Shown: positions 39,664 to 53,250, numbered from the stretch's first letter. The stretch is DNA of 64,000 bases from Nemertoderma westbladi (GCA_032718475.1 JAUCBJ010003066.1:2476-66475), one strand, 5' to 3'. Numbers and translations are program-made. The notes: generated from the letters alone by a model not told the origin.

Positions 39664-39859
39664 CTGTCGGGAATTAATAATCAGTAATAAATTAATATGA
39701 TTGATTATGGTGGACACAAAACATAATGTACCTTTAAATAATAATAATTTTAAAAGAAAATTAGCGGAAATTATTAGATTATAACTCCGATATATTATCC
39801 AACTCTCATTCTACTAGGAATTCAATACTCGAGTCTGTGGTTAATAAATATTCGTTCAC

Positions 39860-40224
39860 CTTCCGGGCTTTTAGTTTCCGGAGTTCCGGAGAACTTCCGT
39901 TTCACTCCGCGGTCATTCAACTCGGTGAAATCGCTGTCCCGGACAAGGAAACCCGAGTCGGTATCCTGTTGCAGCAGAACGGGGGCCGTCGGAGTGGTTT
40001 GGGAGACCGCCGGACACCGACGTAGGAAGTGGGTGTGTACGAGATCGACGAAGGTCTCTCGGATGGAGTCCAGATCGCCGCTGTTCCCCTCCGCGATCAA
40101 CCGATCGCGCACGCGACTGATCAGCTCACCCCCCGTTAGTTCCCCCTTCATAAGCAATTCCTCGATAATGAGTTCACCGGTGTCCTGATAGAGGCGTTGT
40201 ATTACCATGGCATAACGAGGGAAT
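39860..40224 (-). CDS. POLR3C: POLR3C exon 2
   Basis: gtttgtag|A; RFPRYAMVIQRLYQDTGELIIEELLMKG...FVDLVHTHFLRRCP; donor G|GTGAAC; phase consistent with exons 1 and 3. Confidence 0.92.
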
Positions 40225-40362
40225 CTACAAACACAATACAAAAGGCTATATAGTTATCAGTTATCAAAATTCCCGAAAGAGTCCTTACTTTCAGAGGCTT
40301 CACAAATTTGAAAAATCCAATCACTGCTTTGCTGTACTTGCAGACATTGAGATCTAACTAAC

Positions 40363-40622
40363 CTTGGCCGCAGTAATATAGAAGACGGATTCACCGTATA
40401 ATAGACCAGACCATCCCCGCCTATCTTGAACCCAGCTATGTGTTGGTGTATAAGAACGCAGAGCGAGTTTTTTACTTGACTCGGTTTCATATTTAGCCGA
40501 CGGCACGAATCCCGAAGAGTGAGTGATCCTTTAGCCAACATTCCCGCCACAACCTCGCCGATCGTACTCCCGTATAACTCGCTACAAACAACTTTGCATA
40601 AACTGATCTCACGTTGCGCCAT
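40363..40622 (-). CDS. POLR3C: POLR3C exon 1
   Basis: ATG at 40622; MAQREISLCKVVCSELYG...QVKNSLCVLIHQHI...; donor AG|GTTAGT. The five exons total 1542 nt = 513 aa plus stop. Confidence 0.92.
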
Positions 40623-41400
40623 GGTACGGCCTCGGCCTATATAATCGTGGTACCCAACTGCCCAAACCATACGGGACAGCACGACACCGTATCGTATCCA
40701 ACAGGATATGCCAACTCAGCTCACTGCACTACACTACGGTAGCTCGATTAGCACTAAGATACTAAACGAATAGGCCTACCGGGAACGCAAGGCGCCAGGC
40801 CAGCAACACTCTTGGATAAATATAAAATTAAGTCCCAGCAACTTACTTTGATCTGAAGAATTTGAATTTCCCTCCTTTATTTCTTTGCATATCTAATCAA
40901 TAACAGTAGACTGAAGAGGGATATTTAAATTATTGTACGTTCTCAGATCATGCTGTCATGCAGATTACCGGTACAACATACCACAGTACGAGTACAACTC
41001 CTCTAGTACCAGTATTGTCACTGACACAGCAAACTACAATTCATATAGCTTTCAAGTGTCGAGGCAGGTGACGGCGTTGGCCTTGGTAGAGCGCGGGTTG
41101 GCGTCTAGGCGTTGGCGTTGGTAGAGCGCGGGTTGGCGTCTAGGCGTTGGCGTTGGTAGAGCGCAGTTGTAATCTCAGAAGATTCCGGTATCATATACTA
41201 ATAGAGTGATATAGTCCAGTAGTCTGGTAGTCGTAGTAGGCCTATTATAACAATAGGAGGCCTCCCCGACTGCCCGAGGGGAGGCACTCCACTTGCAGAC
41301 TTGGTTCTGTCCTTAAACTATTACTGCATTACAATACTGCAATACAATTAGCGTTACCAGTCAGTAACCGTCGTCCCACGAGACGGGACCCATGCACAAA
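40623..41400. promoter_or_regulatory. Inferred bidirectional promoter region between POLR3C and XPA
   Basis: Divergent start codons ~780 bp apart; no specific core elements assigned. Confidence 0.55.
41072..41165 (+). repeat. 35-bp tandem repeat (~2.6 copies) with a tRNA D-arm/A-box-like motif
   Basis: ttggtagagcgcgggttggcgtctaggcgttggcg; GGTAGA at 41085, 41120, 41155. Confidence 0.75.
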
Positions 41401-41609
41401 ATGTCGCGCCAAGAACAAAATACCCAGATCGAAATTTCTGTTAAACAACAGAAGAGAATCGATGATAATAAAACGGCAGCGCTTAAACGCCGCGATGCGC
41501 GTCTGAAACGCCGAGCCAATACATCGGACGTCGCAGAAGCAACGTCGAAAATAGGGCGAAATGAAGATGGTACCGGTAGTGATATGACGTCACTCGCTGC
41601 AAACGTGAG
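41401..41609 (+). CDS. XPA: XPA DNA damage recognition protein, exon 1 (alternative ATG at 41392)
   Basis: ...QQKRIDDNKTAALKRRDARLKRR... resembles the XPA N-terminal RIERNRQRAL..R motif; donor AG|GTTAGT in phase with exon 2. Confidence 0.8.
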
Positions 41610-41978
41610 GTTAGTTGTTTACTTGTTTAGAGTTTACTCAAAAGTCACACAGATCCATGCAGGCGATTGCGATAGGCCATCTAATATCTGCATATCAGCT
41701 ACCGCAGTAGTGTCAATGATGTCAGAAATATATGATGAAAGTTGAAAGTTTGTAAGAGCCTGTCTGGCTGGTCAAAGCTAAAACTGAGATTTATACATTC
41801 CGAATCCATTTCTTGTTTGAGGTTTGATTAACATTGGCGATTGCAGTAAGTTTTACTTTTGTTGACTAGCTAGGCCCTACACAACACATATATCCATTAG
41901 TAAAAATCATATTATAAACTTCACTTTATTTTTACTTTCATTTTCTGAAAGATTTTGTTTATTTCGGTTTATTTTTAG

Positions 41979-42236
41979 CGGGAATGTTTCGAGTATCTCC
42001 AAACAGATCCCAATCCCCAGACCTGTCGTTGACACAAACGCCGGATTCTTTCTAGAAGACGAACAACCCGTAGCTCATACGTCCTCCTCTGGTTCCCATA
42101 GTAACCGGAACTACCCGAAAGAGGACAAACCCAATCCGTTGACTTCCGAAAGATTCCAATGTTTGGAATGCCAAGAGAGATTCTTGTATTCTTTCTTGAG
42201 TCGGAACTTTGGGTTCAACGTATGCGATGGTTGCAG
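41979..42236 (+). CDS. XPA: XPA exon 2 (ERCC1-binding motif and C4 zinc finger)
   Basis: atttttag|C; VVDTNAGFFLEDE (cf. IDTGGGFILEEE) and CLECQERFLYSFLSRNFGFNVCDGCR; donor AG|GTAATA. Not in the ORF track. Confidence 0.92.
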
Positions 42237-42262
42237 GTAATATTTAATATTATATGTAGAGC

Positions 42263-43838
42263 GACGTTATGGACGTTATATGCCGTTATTTAGGTTAGGG
42301 ACGTTATGGCCGTTATTTACTGACGTTACTACCGTTATTTAGGGACGTTATAACCGTTATTTAGGGACGTTATAACCGTTATTTAGGGACGTTATGACCG
42401 TTATTTAGGGACGTTATAACCGTTATTTAGGGACGTTATGACCGTTATTTAGGGACGTTAAACCGTTATTTAGGGACGTTATAACCGTTATTTAGGGACG
42501 TTATGACCGTTATTTAGGGACGTTATAACCGTTATTTAGGGACGTTATGGCCTTTATTTAAGGACGTTATAACCGTTATTTAGGGACGTTATATGACAGT
42601 TATTTAGGGACGTTATGGCCGTTATTTAGGGACGTTATAACCGTTATTTAGGGACGTTATGACCGTTATTTAGGGACGTTATGACCGTTATTTAGGGACG
42701 TTACAACCGTTATTTAATGACGTTATAACCGTTATTTAGGGACGTTATATGACCGTTATTTAGGGCGGACGTTATGGCCTTTTCTTCGGGACGTTATGTC
42801 CGTTATTTAGGGACGTTATAACCGTTATTTAATGACGTTATAACCGTTATTTAGGGACGTTATATGACCGTTATTTAGGGACGTTATGGCCGTTATTTAG
42901 GGACGTTATAACCGTTATTTACTGACGTTATAACCGTTATTTACTGACGTTATAACCGTTATTTAGGGACGTTATGACCGTTATTTAGGGACGTTATAAC
43001 CGTTATTTAATGACGTTATAACCGTTATTTAAGGACGTTATGGCCTTTATTTAGGGACGTTATATGACCGTTATTTAGGGACGTTATGACCGTTATTTAG
43101 GGACGTTATATGACCGTTATTTAGGGACGTTATACGACCGTTATTTAGGGACGTTATGACCGTTATTTAGGGACGTTATATGACCGTTATTTAGGGACGT
43201 TATAACCGTTATTTAATTGCGTTATAACCGTTATTTAAGGACGTTATGGCCTTTATTTAGGGACGTTATATGGCCGTTATTTAGGGACGTTATAACCGTT
43301 ATTTAATGACGTTATAACCGTTATTTAAGGACGTTATGGCCTTTATTTAGGGACGTTATATGACCGTTATTTAGGGACGTTATGACCGTTATTTAGGGAC
43401 GTTATATGACCGTTGTTTAGGGACGTTATATGACCGTTATTTAGGTTAGGGACGTTATGACCGTTATTTAGGGACGTTATATGACCGTTATTTAGGGACG
43501 TTATATGACCGTTATTTAGGGACGTTCTAACCGTTATTTAGGGAAGTTATAACCGTTATTTATGGATGTTATGACCGTTATTTAGGGATGTTATGACCGT
43601 TATTTGGGGACGTTATGACCGTTATTTAGGGACGTTATATGACAGTTATTTAGGGATGTTATGGCCGTTATTTAGGGATGTTATGGCCGTTATTTAGGGA
43701 TGTTATGACCGTTATTTGGCCGTTATTTAGGGATGTTATGGCCGTTATTTAGGGATGTTATAGCCGTTATTTAGGGAAGTTATGGCCGTTATTTAGGGAT
43801 GTTGTGGCCGTTATTTAGGGAAGTTATGGCCTTTATTT
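42263..43838. repeat. 22/24-bp minisatellite (~70 copies) in XPA intron 2
   Basis: Unit tttagggacgttat(at)a/gaccgtta; ggttagg motifs near both ends and internally. Confidence 0.95.
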
Positions 43839-43894
43839 ATAAGGTTAGGTTTAGATTAATAATTAACCAATCAGGTTGTTTAATCCACTTCTAG

Positions 43895-44054
43895 AGACGA
43901 CAGACACAAACTTATCACTAAAACCAACGCTAAACAGACTTACCTTATTAAAGATGCCGACCTCGATAGACGGGAGCCGAGGTTGAGTTTCATTTCCCGT
44001 AAGAATCCCCATAACGATACTTGGGGGGAGATGAGGTTGTACTTGGAATCCCAG
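43895..44054 (+). CDS. XPA: XPA exon 3
   Basis: cacttctag|A; [53 protein letters not shown] (XPA [21 protein letters not shown]...KNPH...WGDMKLYL); donor CAG|GTATTT. Confidence 0.95.
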
Positions 44055-44777
44055 GTATTTAATTTATATTTTTTATTCCCATACTTATTCTGTTTACAAC
44101 TGCCCCCTGGAATTAAAATAAGGTCGGCGTTACGGCCCCCAATGTGAGCGGATTCAATTCCGCCTCACTATCCCCATAAAGTTGGGAAGTGGCGCTTTTT
44201 CAGCAATATTGGGGATACGAGATTAATCACAACTAATCTCGTATCGCACCCAATAACGGGGACAACACACAGCCCCGAAGGCCACACAAAGGGAGGTTAG
44301 AGGTCAAACCACCTCGAGAGGGAAAGTAACAGCAGCGGGGGTGGAAGCACTCCAACAGAGGTGGGAGCCGAGAATTAGATTATTAGCCAATAGGGGCGAG
44401 GAAAGCATCCGCTAGATAGAGAGGCCAAAGTAGTGTAGGGATGACAATCATATATTATATTGCATACCACTACCGGTCAATTCAGTTTACTCAGTCATCT
44501 AGCGCAGATCGGTGACATTTCGTACCGTCACCGTCACTACCGGTACAACATCTTATATTATATTTGCATACACTCTGACAACTGTGCTATTATATTCTAT
44601 ATCAGTATCTGCATTAAGCTATAACAATATTAGAACGATAACAACAAACTATCTTTTTCCCAATTACACGGTGACGCGTAACGTAATAATCCGTTCGGGA
44701 TCCCCTGATCCCGTCACACCCAAACCGGGGGGGTTCATCTTTATAACCATAGCAGAACATCAGCCCTGTACATCAAT

Positions 44778-46627
44778 TAATAATGCGAACTGTATGTAGC
44801 TAATAATGCGTACTGTATGCAGCTAATAATGCGTACTGTGTGTAACTAATAATGCGAACTGTATGTAACTAATAATGCGTACTGTATGTAGCTAATAATG
44901 CGTACTGTATGTAGCTAATAATGCGTACTGTATGTAGCTAATAATGCGAACTGTATGTAGCTAATAATGCGTACTGTATGTAGCTAATAATGCGTACTGT
45001 ATGTAGCTAATAATGCGAACTGTATGTAGCTAATAATGCGTACTGTATGCAGCTAATAATGCGTACTGTGTGTAACTAATAATGCGAACTGTATGTACTA
45101 ATAATGCGTACTGTATGTAGCTAATAATGCGTACTGTATGTAGCTAATAATGCGTACTGTATGTAGCTAATAATGCGTACTGTATGTAGCTAATAATGCG
45201 TACTGTATGTAGCTAATAATGCGTACTGTATGCAGCTAATAATGCGTACTGTGTGTAACTAATAATGCGAACTGTATGTAACTAATAATGCGTACTGTAT
45301 GTAGCTAATAATGCGTACTGTATGTAGCTAATAATGTGTACTGTATGCAGCTAATAATGCGTACTGTATGTATCTAATAATGCGTACTGTGTGTAACTAA
45401 TAATGCGAACTGTATGTAACTAATAATGCGTACTGTATGTAACTAATAATGCGTACTGTATGCAGCTAATAATGCGTACTGTATGTAACTAATAATGCGT
45501 ACTGTATGTAGCTAATAATGCGTACTGTATGTAGCTAATAATGCGTACTGTATGTAGCTAATAATGCGTACTGTATGTAGCTAATAATGCGTACTGTATG
45601 TAGCTAATAATGCGTACTGTATGTAGCTAATAATGCGAACTGTATGTAGCTAATAATGCGTACTGTATGTAGCTAATAATGCGTACTGTATGTAGCTAAT
45701 AATGCGTACTGTATGTAGCTAATAATGCATACTGTATGTAGCTAATAATGCGTACTGTATGTAGCTAATAATGCGTACTGTATGTAGCTAATAATGCGTA
45801 CTGTATGTAGCTAATAATGCGTACTGTATGTAGCTAATAATGCATACTGTATGTAGCTAATAATGCGTACTGTATGTAGCTAATAATGCGTACTGTATGT
45901 AGCTAATAATGCGTACTGTATGTAGCTAATAATGCGTACTGTATGTAGCTAATAATGCGTACTGTATGTAGCTAATAATGCGTACTGTATGTAGCTAATA
46001 ATGCGTACTGTATGTAGCTAATAATGCGTACTGTATGTAGCTAATAATGCGTACTGTATGTAGCTAATAATGCGTACTGTATGTAGCTAATAATGCGTAC
46101 TGTATGTAGCTAATAATGCGTACTGTATGTAGCTAATAATGTGTACTGTATGCAGCTAATAATGCGTACTGTATGTAGCTAATAATGCGTACTGTATGTA
46201 GCTAATAATGCGTACTGTATGTAGCTAATAATGCGAACTGTATGTAGCTAATAATGCGTACTGTATGTAGCTAATAATGCGTACTGTATGTAGCTAATAA
46301 TGCGTACTGTATGTAGCTAATAATGCGTACTGTATGTAGCTAATAATGTGTACTGTATGCAGCTAATAATGCGTACTGTATGTAGCTAATAATGCGTACT
46401 GTATGTAGCTAATAATGCGTACTGTATGTAGCTAATAATGCGAACTGTATGTAGCTAATAATGCGTACTGTATGTAGCTAATAATGCGTACTGTATGTAG
46501 CTAATAATGCGTACTGTATGTAGCTAATAATGCGTACTGTATGTAACTAATAATGCGAACTGTATGTAACTAATAATGCGTACTGTATGTAGCTAATAAT
46601 GCGTACTGTATGTAGCTAATAATGCGT
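44778..46627. repeat. 23-bp minisatellite (~80 copies) in XPA intron 3
   Basis: Unit ctaataatgcgtactgtatgtag. Confidence 0.97.
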
Positions 46628-46992
46628 TCTGCTGTTATAATTCACTTTGCAGTTTACCCCCATGGGAAGAATACCAGGTTTTCACTCAGAACAGAAGGGC
46701 TGAATCAAACCAAAACAATAAACAAATTTGTATCTGTACAGATAGAAGAAATAAGCTATAATTATAATGCACTTGATGAGAAATTTAAAAAATATAAATT
46801 CGTCATGTATGAAATGACAATAAAATTTCAACCGAGAAGTGAAAACCTGGTATTCTTAACATTGGCGAATTTTTAGGAATAGAGATTTTATTTTATTTCT
46901 TCAAATACCTAGATGGAAGGGAAGAAAGGCAAATTATTTTCCTAACAATGGCGGACTATTTTCTACCTAATGACCCCTGAATGAGTAATTAA

Positions 46993-47292
46993 AGGCCATG
47001 ATACACCACAGGAGCGGCGAGCGGCAGCGGCCGCGGCAAGCGGCCACTTTTTAAAAATAGAACACATTATTTTCTATGGGTGATGATACACCACAAATGG
47101 CTGCTGGCGCTCGCGGCTCCTATCGTGTATCATACTAAAAGTCGCCGCTCACATCGGCCGCTCGTCGCGGCCGCCCGCCGCTGCCGCTCGCCGCTCCTAT
47201 AGTGTATCATACTAAAAGTCGCCGCTCACATCGGCCGCTCGCCGCGGCCGCCCGCCGCTGCCGCTCGCCGCTCCTGTGGTGTATCATGGCCT
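46993..47292. mobile_element. 300-bp PIF/Harbinger-type MITE
   Basis: ~38-bp perfect TIRs AGGCCATGATACACCACAGGAGCGGCGAGCGGCAGCGG; TAA TSD (46990-46992, 47293-47295); internal ~77-bp duplication. Confidence 0.85.
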
Positions 47293-47714
47293 TAACCTTC
47301 CTCGTTGAACTGGATATTAATAACTGGTAAAACAGGTTTACAATATTTTTATTACTGATTTCTGTTTTTAACAATTTAACCATTTTTCTGACGTTTTACT
47401 TTCTGACGGTTTTCATTATCATTTTTCTGTTCTGGTTCTATCGGCAACCGGCCGGTACTAATTTCCTGTTTGACAATCGAGCGAGGTTAAGTATATGGGT
47501 CATTGGGAAAGAAGTTGTTTGTTTTCCATGTAATAAGTTAAAATTAAAATTTCCGTTAAAATTTGTGTGAAGTAAATTTTTAAATTGTGGAATTTTAATA
47601 AGGTTTAGTAACTAGATTGTCCCTATTATGTTCAGGAACTATTGTTCTAAAGTTTCGCTGACTATTTTGTTCTTACTAAATAAATAAATTTGAGTTGGGC
47701 TGTTCTTACTAAGT

Positions 47715-50700
47715 TGACAACCATTTTTGTTCTCATTAGGTTGGAAACTATTGTCTGTTCTCACTAGTTTCGGGAACTATTTTGTTCTCACTAGTTTCGG
47801 GAACTATTTTGTTCTCAATAGGTTCGGGAACTAATTTGTTCTCACTGGGTTGGAATCTATTTTTGTTCGCACTAGTTTCGGGAACTATTTTGTTCGCACT
47901 AGGTTCGGGAACTATTTTGTTCTCACGAGGTTGGAATCTATTTTTGTTCGCACTAGTTTCGGAAACTATTTTTTTCGCACTAGGTTCGGGAACTATTTTG
48001 TTCTCACGAGGTTGGAATCTATTTTTGTTCGCACTAGTTTCGGGAACTATTTTGTTCGCACTAGGTTCGGGAACTATTTTGTTCTCACGAGGTTGGAATC
48101 TATTTTTGTTCGCACTAGTTTCGGGAACTATTTTGTTCTCACTAGGTTCGGGAACTATTTTGTGCTCAATAGGTTCGGGAACTATTTTGTTCTCAATAGG
48201 TTCGGGAACTATTTTGTTCTCACGAGGTTGGAATCTATTTTTGTTCGCACTAGTTTCGGGAACTATTTTGTTCGCACTAGGTTCGGGAACTATTTTGTTC
48301 TCACTGGGTTGGAATCTATTTTTGTTCGCACTAGTTTCGGGAACTATTTTGTTCGCACTAGGTTCGGGAACTATTTTGTTCTCACGAGGTTGGAATCTAT
48401 TTTTGTTCGCACTAGTTTCGGGAACTATTTTGTTCTCACTAGGTTCGGGAACTATTTTGTGCTCAATAGGTTCGGGAACTATTTTGTTCTCAATAGGTTC
48501 GGGAACTATTTTGTTCTCACTAGGTTCGGGAACTATTTTGCTCTCAATAGGTTCGGGAACTATTTTGCACTCACAAGGTTCGGGAACTATTTTGTTCGCA
48601 CTAGGTTCGGGAACTATTTTGTTCTCACTAGGTTCGGGAACTATTTTGTTCTCACTGGGTTGGAAACTATTGTTTGTTCTCACTAGTTTCGAGAACTATT
48701 TTGTTCTCAATAGGTTCGGGAACTATTTCAGCTCACATGTTGACAACAATTTTTGTTCTCAATAGGTTGGAAACTATTGTTTGTTCGCTCTAGTTTCGGG
48801 AACTGTTTTGTTCTCACTAGGTTCGGGAACTATTTTGTGCTCAATAGGTTCGGGAACTATTTTGTTCTCAATAGGTTCGGGAACTATTTTGTTCTCACTA
48901 GGTTCGGGAACTATTTTGCTCTCAATAGGTTCGGGAACTATTTTGCACTCACTAGGTTCGGGAACTATTTTGTTCGCACTAGGTTCGGGAACTATTTTGT
49001 TCTCACTAGGTTCGGGAACTATTTTGTTCTCACTGGGTTGGAAACTATTGTTTGTTCTCACTAGTTTCGAGAACTATTTTGTTCTCAATAGGTTCGGGAA
49101 CTATTTCAGCTCACATGTTGACAACAATTTTTGTTCTCAATAGGTTGGAAACTATTGTTTGTTCGCTCTAGTTTCGGGAACTGTTTTGTTCTCACTAGGT
49201 TCGGGAAAAATTTTGTTCTCACGAGGTTGGAATCTATTTTTGTTCGCACTAGTTTCGGGAACTATTTTGTTCTCACTGGGTTGGAAACTATTGTTTGTTC
49301 TCACTAGTTTCGAGAACTATTTTGTTCTCAATAGGTTCGGGAACTATTTCAGCTCACATGTTGACAACAATTTTTGTTCTCAATAGGTTGGAAACTATTG
49401 TTTGTTCGCTCTAGTTTCGGGAACTGTTTTGTTCTCACTAGGTTCGGGAAAAATTTTGTTCTCACGAGGTTGGAATCTATTTTTGTTCGCACTAGTTTCG
49501 GGAACTATTTTGTTCGCACTAGGTTCGGGAACTATTTTGTTCTCACGAGGTTGGAAACTATTTTTGTTCTCACTAGTTTCGAGAACTATTTTGTTCTCAA
49601 TAGGTTCGGGAACTATTTCAGCTCACATGTTGACAACAATTTTTGTTCTCGATAGGTTGGAAACTATTGTTTGTTCGCTCTAGTTTCGGGAACTGTTTTG
49701 TTCTCACTAGGTTCGGGAACTATTTTGTTCTTAATAGGTTCGGGAACTATTTTGTTCTCACTAGGTTCGGGAACTTTTTTGTTCGCACTAGGTTCGGGAA
49801 CTATTTTGTTCTCACTAGGTTCGGGAACTATTTTGTTCTCACGAGGTTGGAAACTATTTTTGTTCTCACTAGTTTCGGAAACTATTTTGTTCTCAATAGG
49901 TTCGGGAACTATTTCAGCTCACATGTTGACAACAATTTTTGTTCTCAATAGGTTGGAAACTATTGTTTGTTCGCTCTAGTTTCGGGAACTGTTTTGTTCT
50001 CACTAGGTTCGGGAAAAATTTTGTTCTCACGAGGTTGGAATCTATTTTTGTTCGCACTAGTTTTGGGAACTATTTTGTTCGCACTAGGTTCGGGAACTAT
50101 TTTATTCTCACTATGTTCGGGAACTATTTTGTTCTCACGAGGTTGGAAACTATTTTTGTTCTCACTAGTTTCGGAAACTATTTTGTTCTCAATAGGTTCG
50201 GGAACTATTTCAGCTCACATGTTGACAACAATTTTTGTTCTCAATAGGTTGGAAACTATTGTTTATTCGTTCTAGTTTCGGGAACTGTTTTGTTCTCACT
50301 AGGTTCGGGAACTATTTTGTTCTCAATAGGTTCGGGAACTATTTTGGCTCACTATGTTGACAACAAATTTTTGTTCTCAATAGGTTGGAAACTATTGTTT
50401 GTTCGCTCTAGTTTCGGGAACTATTTTGTTCTCACTAGGTTCGGGAACTATTTTGTGCTCAATAGGTTCGGGAACTATTTTGTTCTCAATAGGTTCGGGA
50501 ACTATTTTGTTCTCAATAGGTTCGGGAACTAATTTGTTCTCACTGGGTTGGAATCTATTTTTGTTCGCACTAGTTTCGGGAACTATTTTGTTCGCACTAG
50601 GTTCGGGAACTATTTTGTTCTCACGAGGTTGGAAACTATTTTTGTTCTCACTAGTTTCGGAAACTATTTTGTTCTCAATAGGTTCGGGAACTATTTCAGC

Positions 50701-53250
50701 TCACATGTTGACAACAATTTTTGTTCTCAATAGGTTGGAAACTATTGTTTGTTCGCTCTAGTTTCGGGAACTGATTTGTTCTCACTAGGTTCGGGAAAAA
50801 TTTTGTTCTCACGAGGTTGGAATCTATTTTTGTTCGCACTAGTTTCGAGAACTATTTTGTTCGCACTAGGTTCGGGAACTATTTTGTTCTCACGAGGTTG
50901 GAAACTATTTTTGTTCTCACTAGTTTCGAGAACTATTTTGTTCTTACTAGGTTCGGGAATAATTTTGTTCTCACGAGGTTGGAATCTATTTTTGTTCGCA
51001 CTAGTTTGGGAACTATTTTGTTCGCACTAGGTTCGGGAACTATTTTGTTCGCACTATGTTCGGGAACTATTTTGTTCTCACGAGGTTGGAAACTATTTTT
51101 GTTCTCACTAGTTTCGGAAACTATTTTGTTCTCACTAGGTTTGGGGACTATTTTGTTCTCACTAGGTTCGGGAACTATTTTGTTCTCATTAGGTTCGGGA
51201 ACTATTTTGTTCTCAATAGGTTCGTGAACTATTTTGTTCTCAATAGGTTCGGGAACTATTTTGTTCTCACTAGGTTCGGGAACTGTATTGTTCTCACTAG
51301 ATTCGGGAACTATTTCAGCTCACATGTTGACAACAATTTTTGTTCTCAATAGGTTGGAAACTATTGTTTATTCGTTCTAGTTTCGGGAACTGTTTTGTTC
51401 TCACTAGGTTCGGGAACTATTTTGTTTTCAATAGGTTCGGGAACTATTTTGTTCTCACTAGGTTCGGGAACTATTTTGTTCTCAATAGGTTCGTGAACTA
51501 TTTTGTTCTCAATAGGTTCGGGAACTATTTTGTTCTCAATAGGTTCGTGAACTATTTTGTTCTCACTAGGTTCGGGAACTATTTTGTTCTCGCTAGGTTT
51601 GGGGACTATTTTGTTCTCACTAGGTTCGGGAACTATTTTGTTCTCATTAGGTTCGGGAACTATTTTGTTCTCTCTAGGTTTGGGAACTATGTTGTTCTCA
51701 CTATGTTCGGGAACTATTTTGTTCTCAATAGGTTCGGGAACTATTTTGTTCTCACTAGGTTCTGGAACTATTTTGTTCTCACTAGGTTCGGGAACTATTT
51801 TTGTTCTCACTAGTTTCGGAAACTATTTTGTTCTCAATAGATTCGGGAACTATTTCAGCTCACATGTTGACAACAATTTTTGTTCTCAATAGGTTGGAAT
51901 CTATTTTTGTTCGCACTAGTTTCGGGAACTATTTTGTTCGCACTATGTTCGGGAACTATTTTGTTCTCACGAGGTTGGAAACTATTTTTGTTCTCACTAG
52001 TTTCGGAAACTATTTTGTTCTCAATAGATTCGGGAACTATTTCAGCTCACATGTTGACAACAATTTTTGTTCTCAATAGGTTGGAAACTATTGTTTATTC
52101 GTTCTAGTTTCGGGAACTGTTTTGTTCTCACTAGGTTCGGGAACTATTTTGTTTTCAATAGGTTCGGGAACTATTTTGTTCTCACTAGGTTCGGGAACTA
52201 TTTTGTTCTCAATAGGTTCGTGAACTATTTTGTTCTCAATAGGTTCGGGAACTATTTTGTTCTCAATAGGTTCGTGAACTATTTTGTTCTCACTAGGTTC
52301 GGGAACTATTTTGTTCTCACTAGGTTTGGGGACTATTTTGTTCTCACTAGGTTCGGGAACTATTTTGTTCTCATTAGGTTCGGGAACTATTTTGTTCTCT
52401 CTAGGTTTGGGAACTATGTTGTTCTCACTATGTTCGGGAACTATTTTGTTCTCACTAGGTTCTGGAACTATTTTGTTCTCACTAGGTTCGGGAACTATTT
52501 TTGTTCTCACTAGTTTCGGAAACTATTTTGTTCTCAATAGATTCGGGAACTATTTCAGCTCACATGTTGACAACAATTTTTGTTCTCAATAGGTTGGAAA
52601 CTATTGTTTATTCGTTCTAGTTTCGGGAACTGTTTTGTTCTCACTAGGTTCGGGAACTATTTTGTTTTCAATAGGTTCGGGAACTATTTTGTTCTCACTA
52701 GGTTCGGGAACTATTTTGTTCTCAATAGGTTCGTGAACTATTTTGTTCTCAATAGGTTCGGGAACTATTTTGTTCTTAATAGGTTCGTGAACTATTTTGT
52801 TCTCACTAGGTTCGGGAACTATTTTGTTCTCACTAGGTTTGGGGACTATTTTGTTCTCACTAGGTTCGGGAACTATTTTGTTCTCATTAGGTTCGGGAAC
52901 TATTTTGTTCTCTCTAGGTTTGGGAACTATGTTGTTCTCACTATGTTCGGGAACTATTTTGTTCTCACTAGGTTCTGGAACTATTTTGTTCTCACTAGGT
53001 TTGGGATCTATTTTGTTCTCACTAGGTTCGGGAACTATTTTGTTCTCACTAGGTTTGGGAACTATTTTGTTCTCACTAGGTTCGGGAACTATTTTCATCT
53101 CAATAGGTTCGGGAACTATTTTGTTCTCACTAGGTTGGGGAACTATTTTGTTCCCTATAGGTACGGGATCTATTTTGTTCTCACTAGGTTCGAGAACTAT
53201 TTTGTTCTCACTACGTTCGGGAACTATTTTATTCTCAATAGGTTCGGGAA
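47715..53250 (+). repeat. 27-bp satellite (~200 copies, with higher-order subunits); unit = XPA exon-4 acceptor plus first 9 exon nt
   Basis: Unit ctattttgttctcactag|gttcgggaa; the last copy continues as coding sequence GTT CGG GAA CGA GCG. Confidence 0.97.

Noticed and set aside
41072-41190. tRNA gene (TTGGTAGAGCGC...TGTAATC)
   Set aside because: No T-arm/B-box or acceptor stem; at most a SINE or tRNA fragment that was tandemly duplicated.
42263-43838. Interstitial telomere
   Set aside because: TTAGGG is not tandem; there is one copy per 22-24-bp unit.
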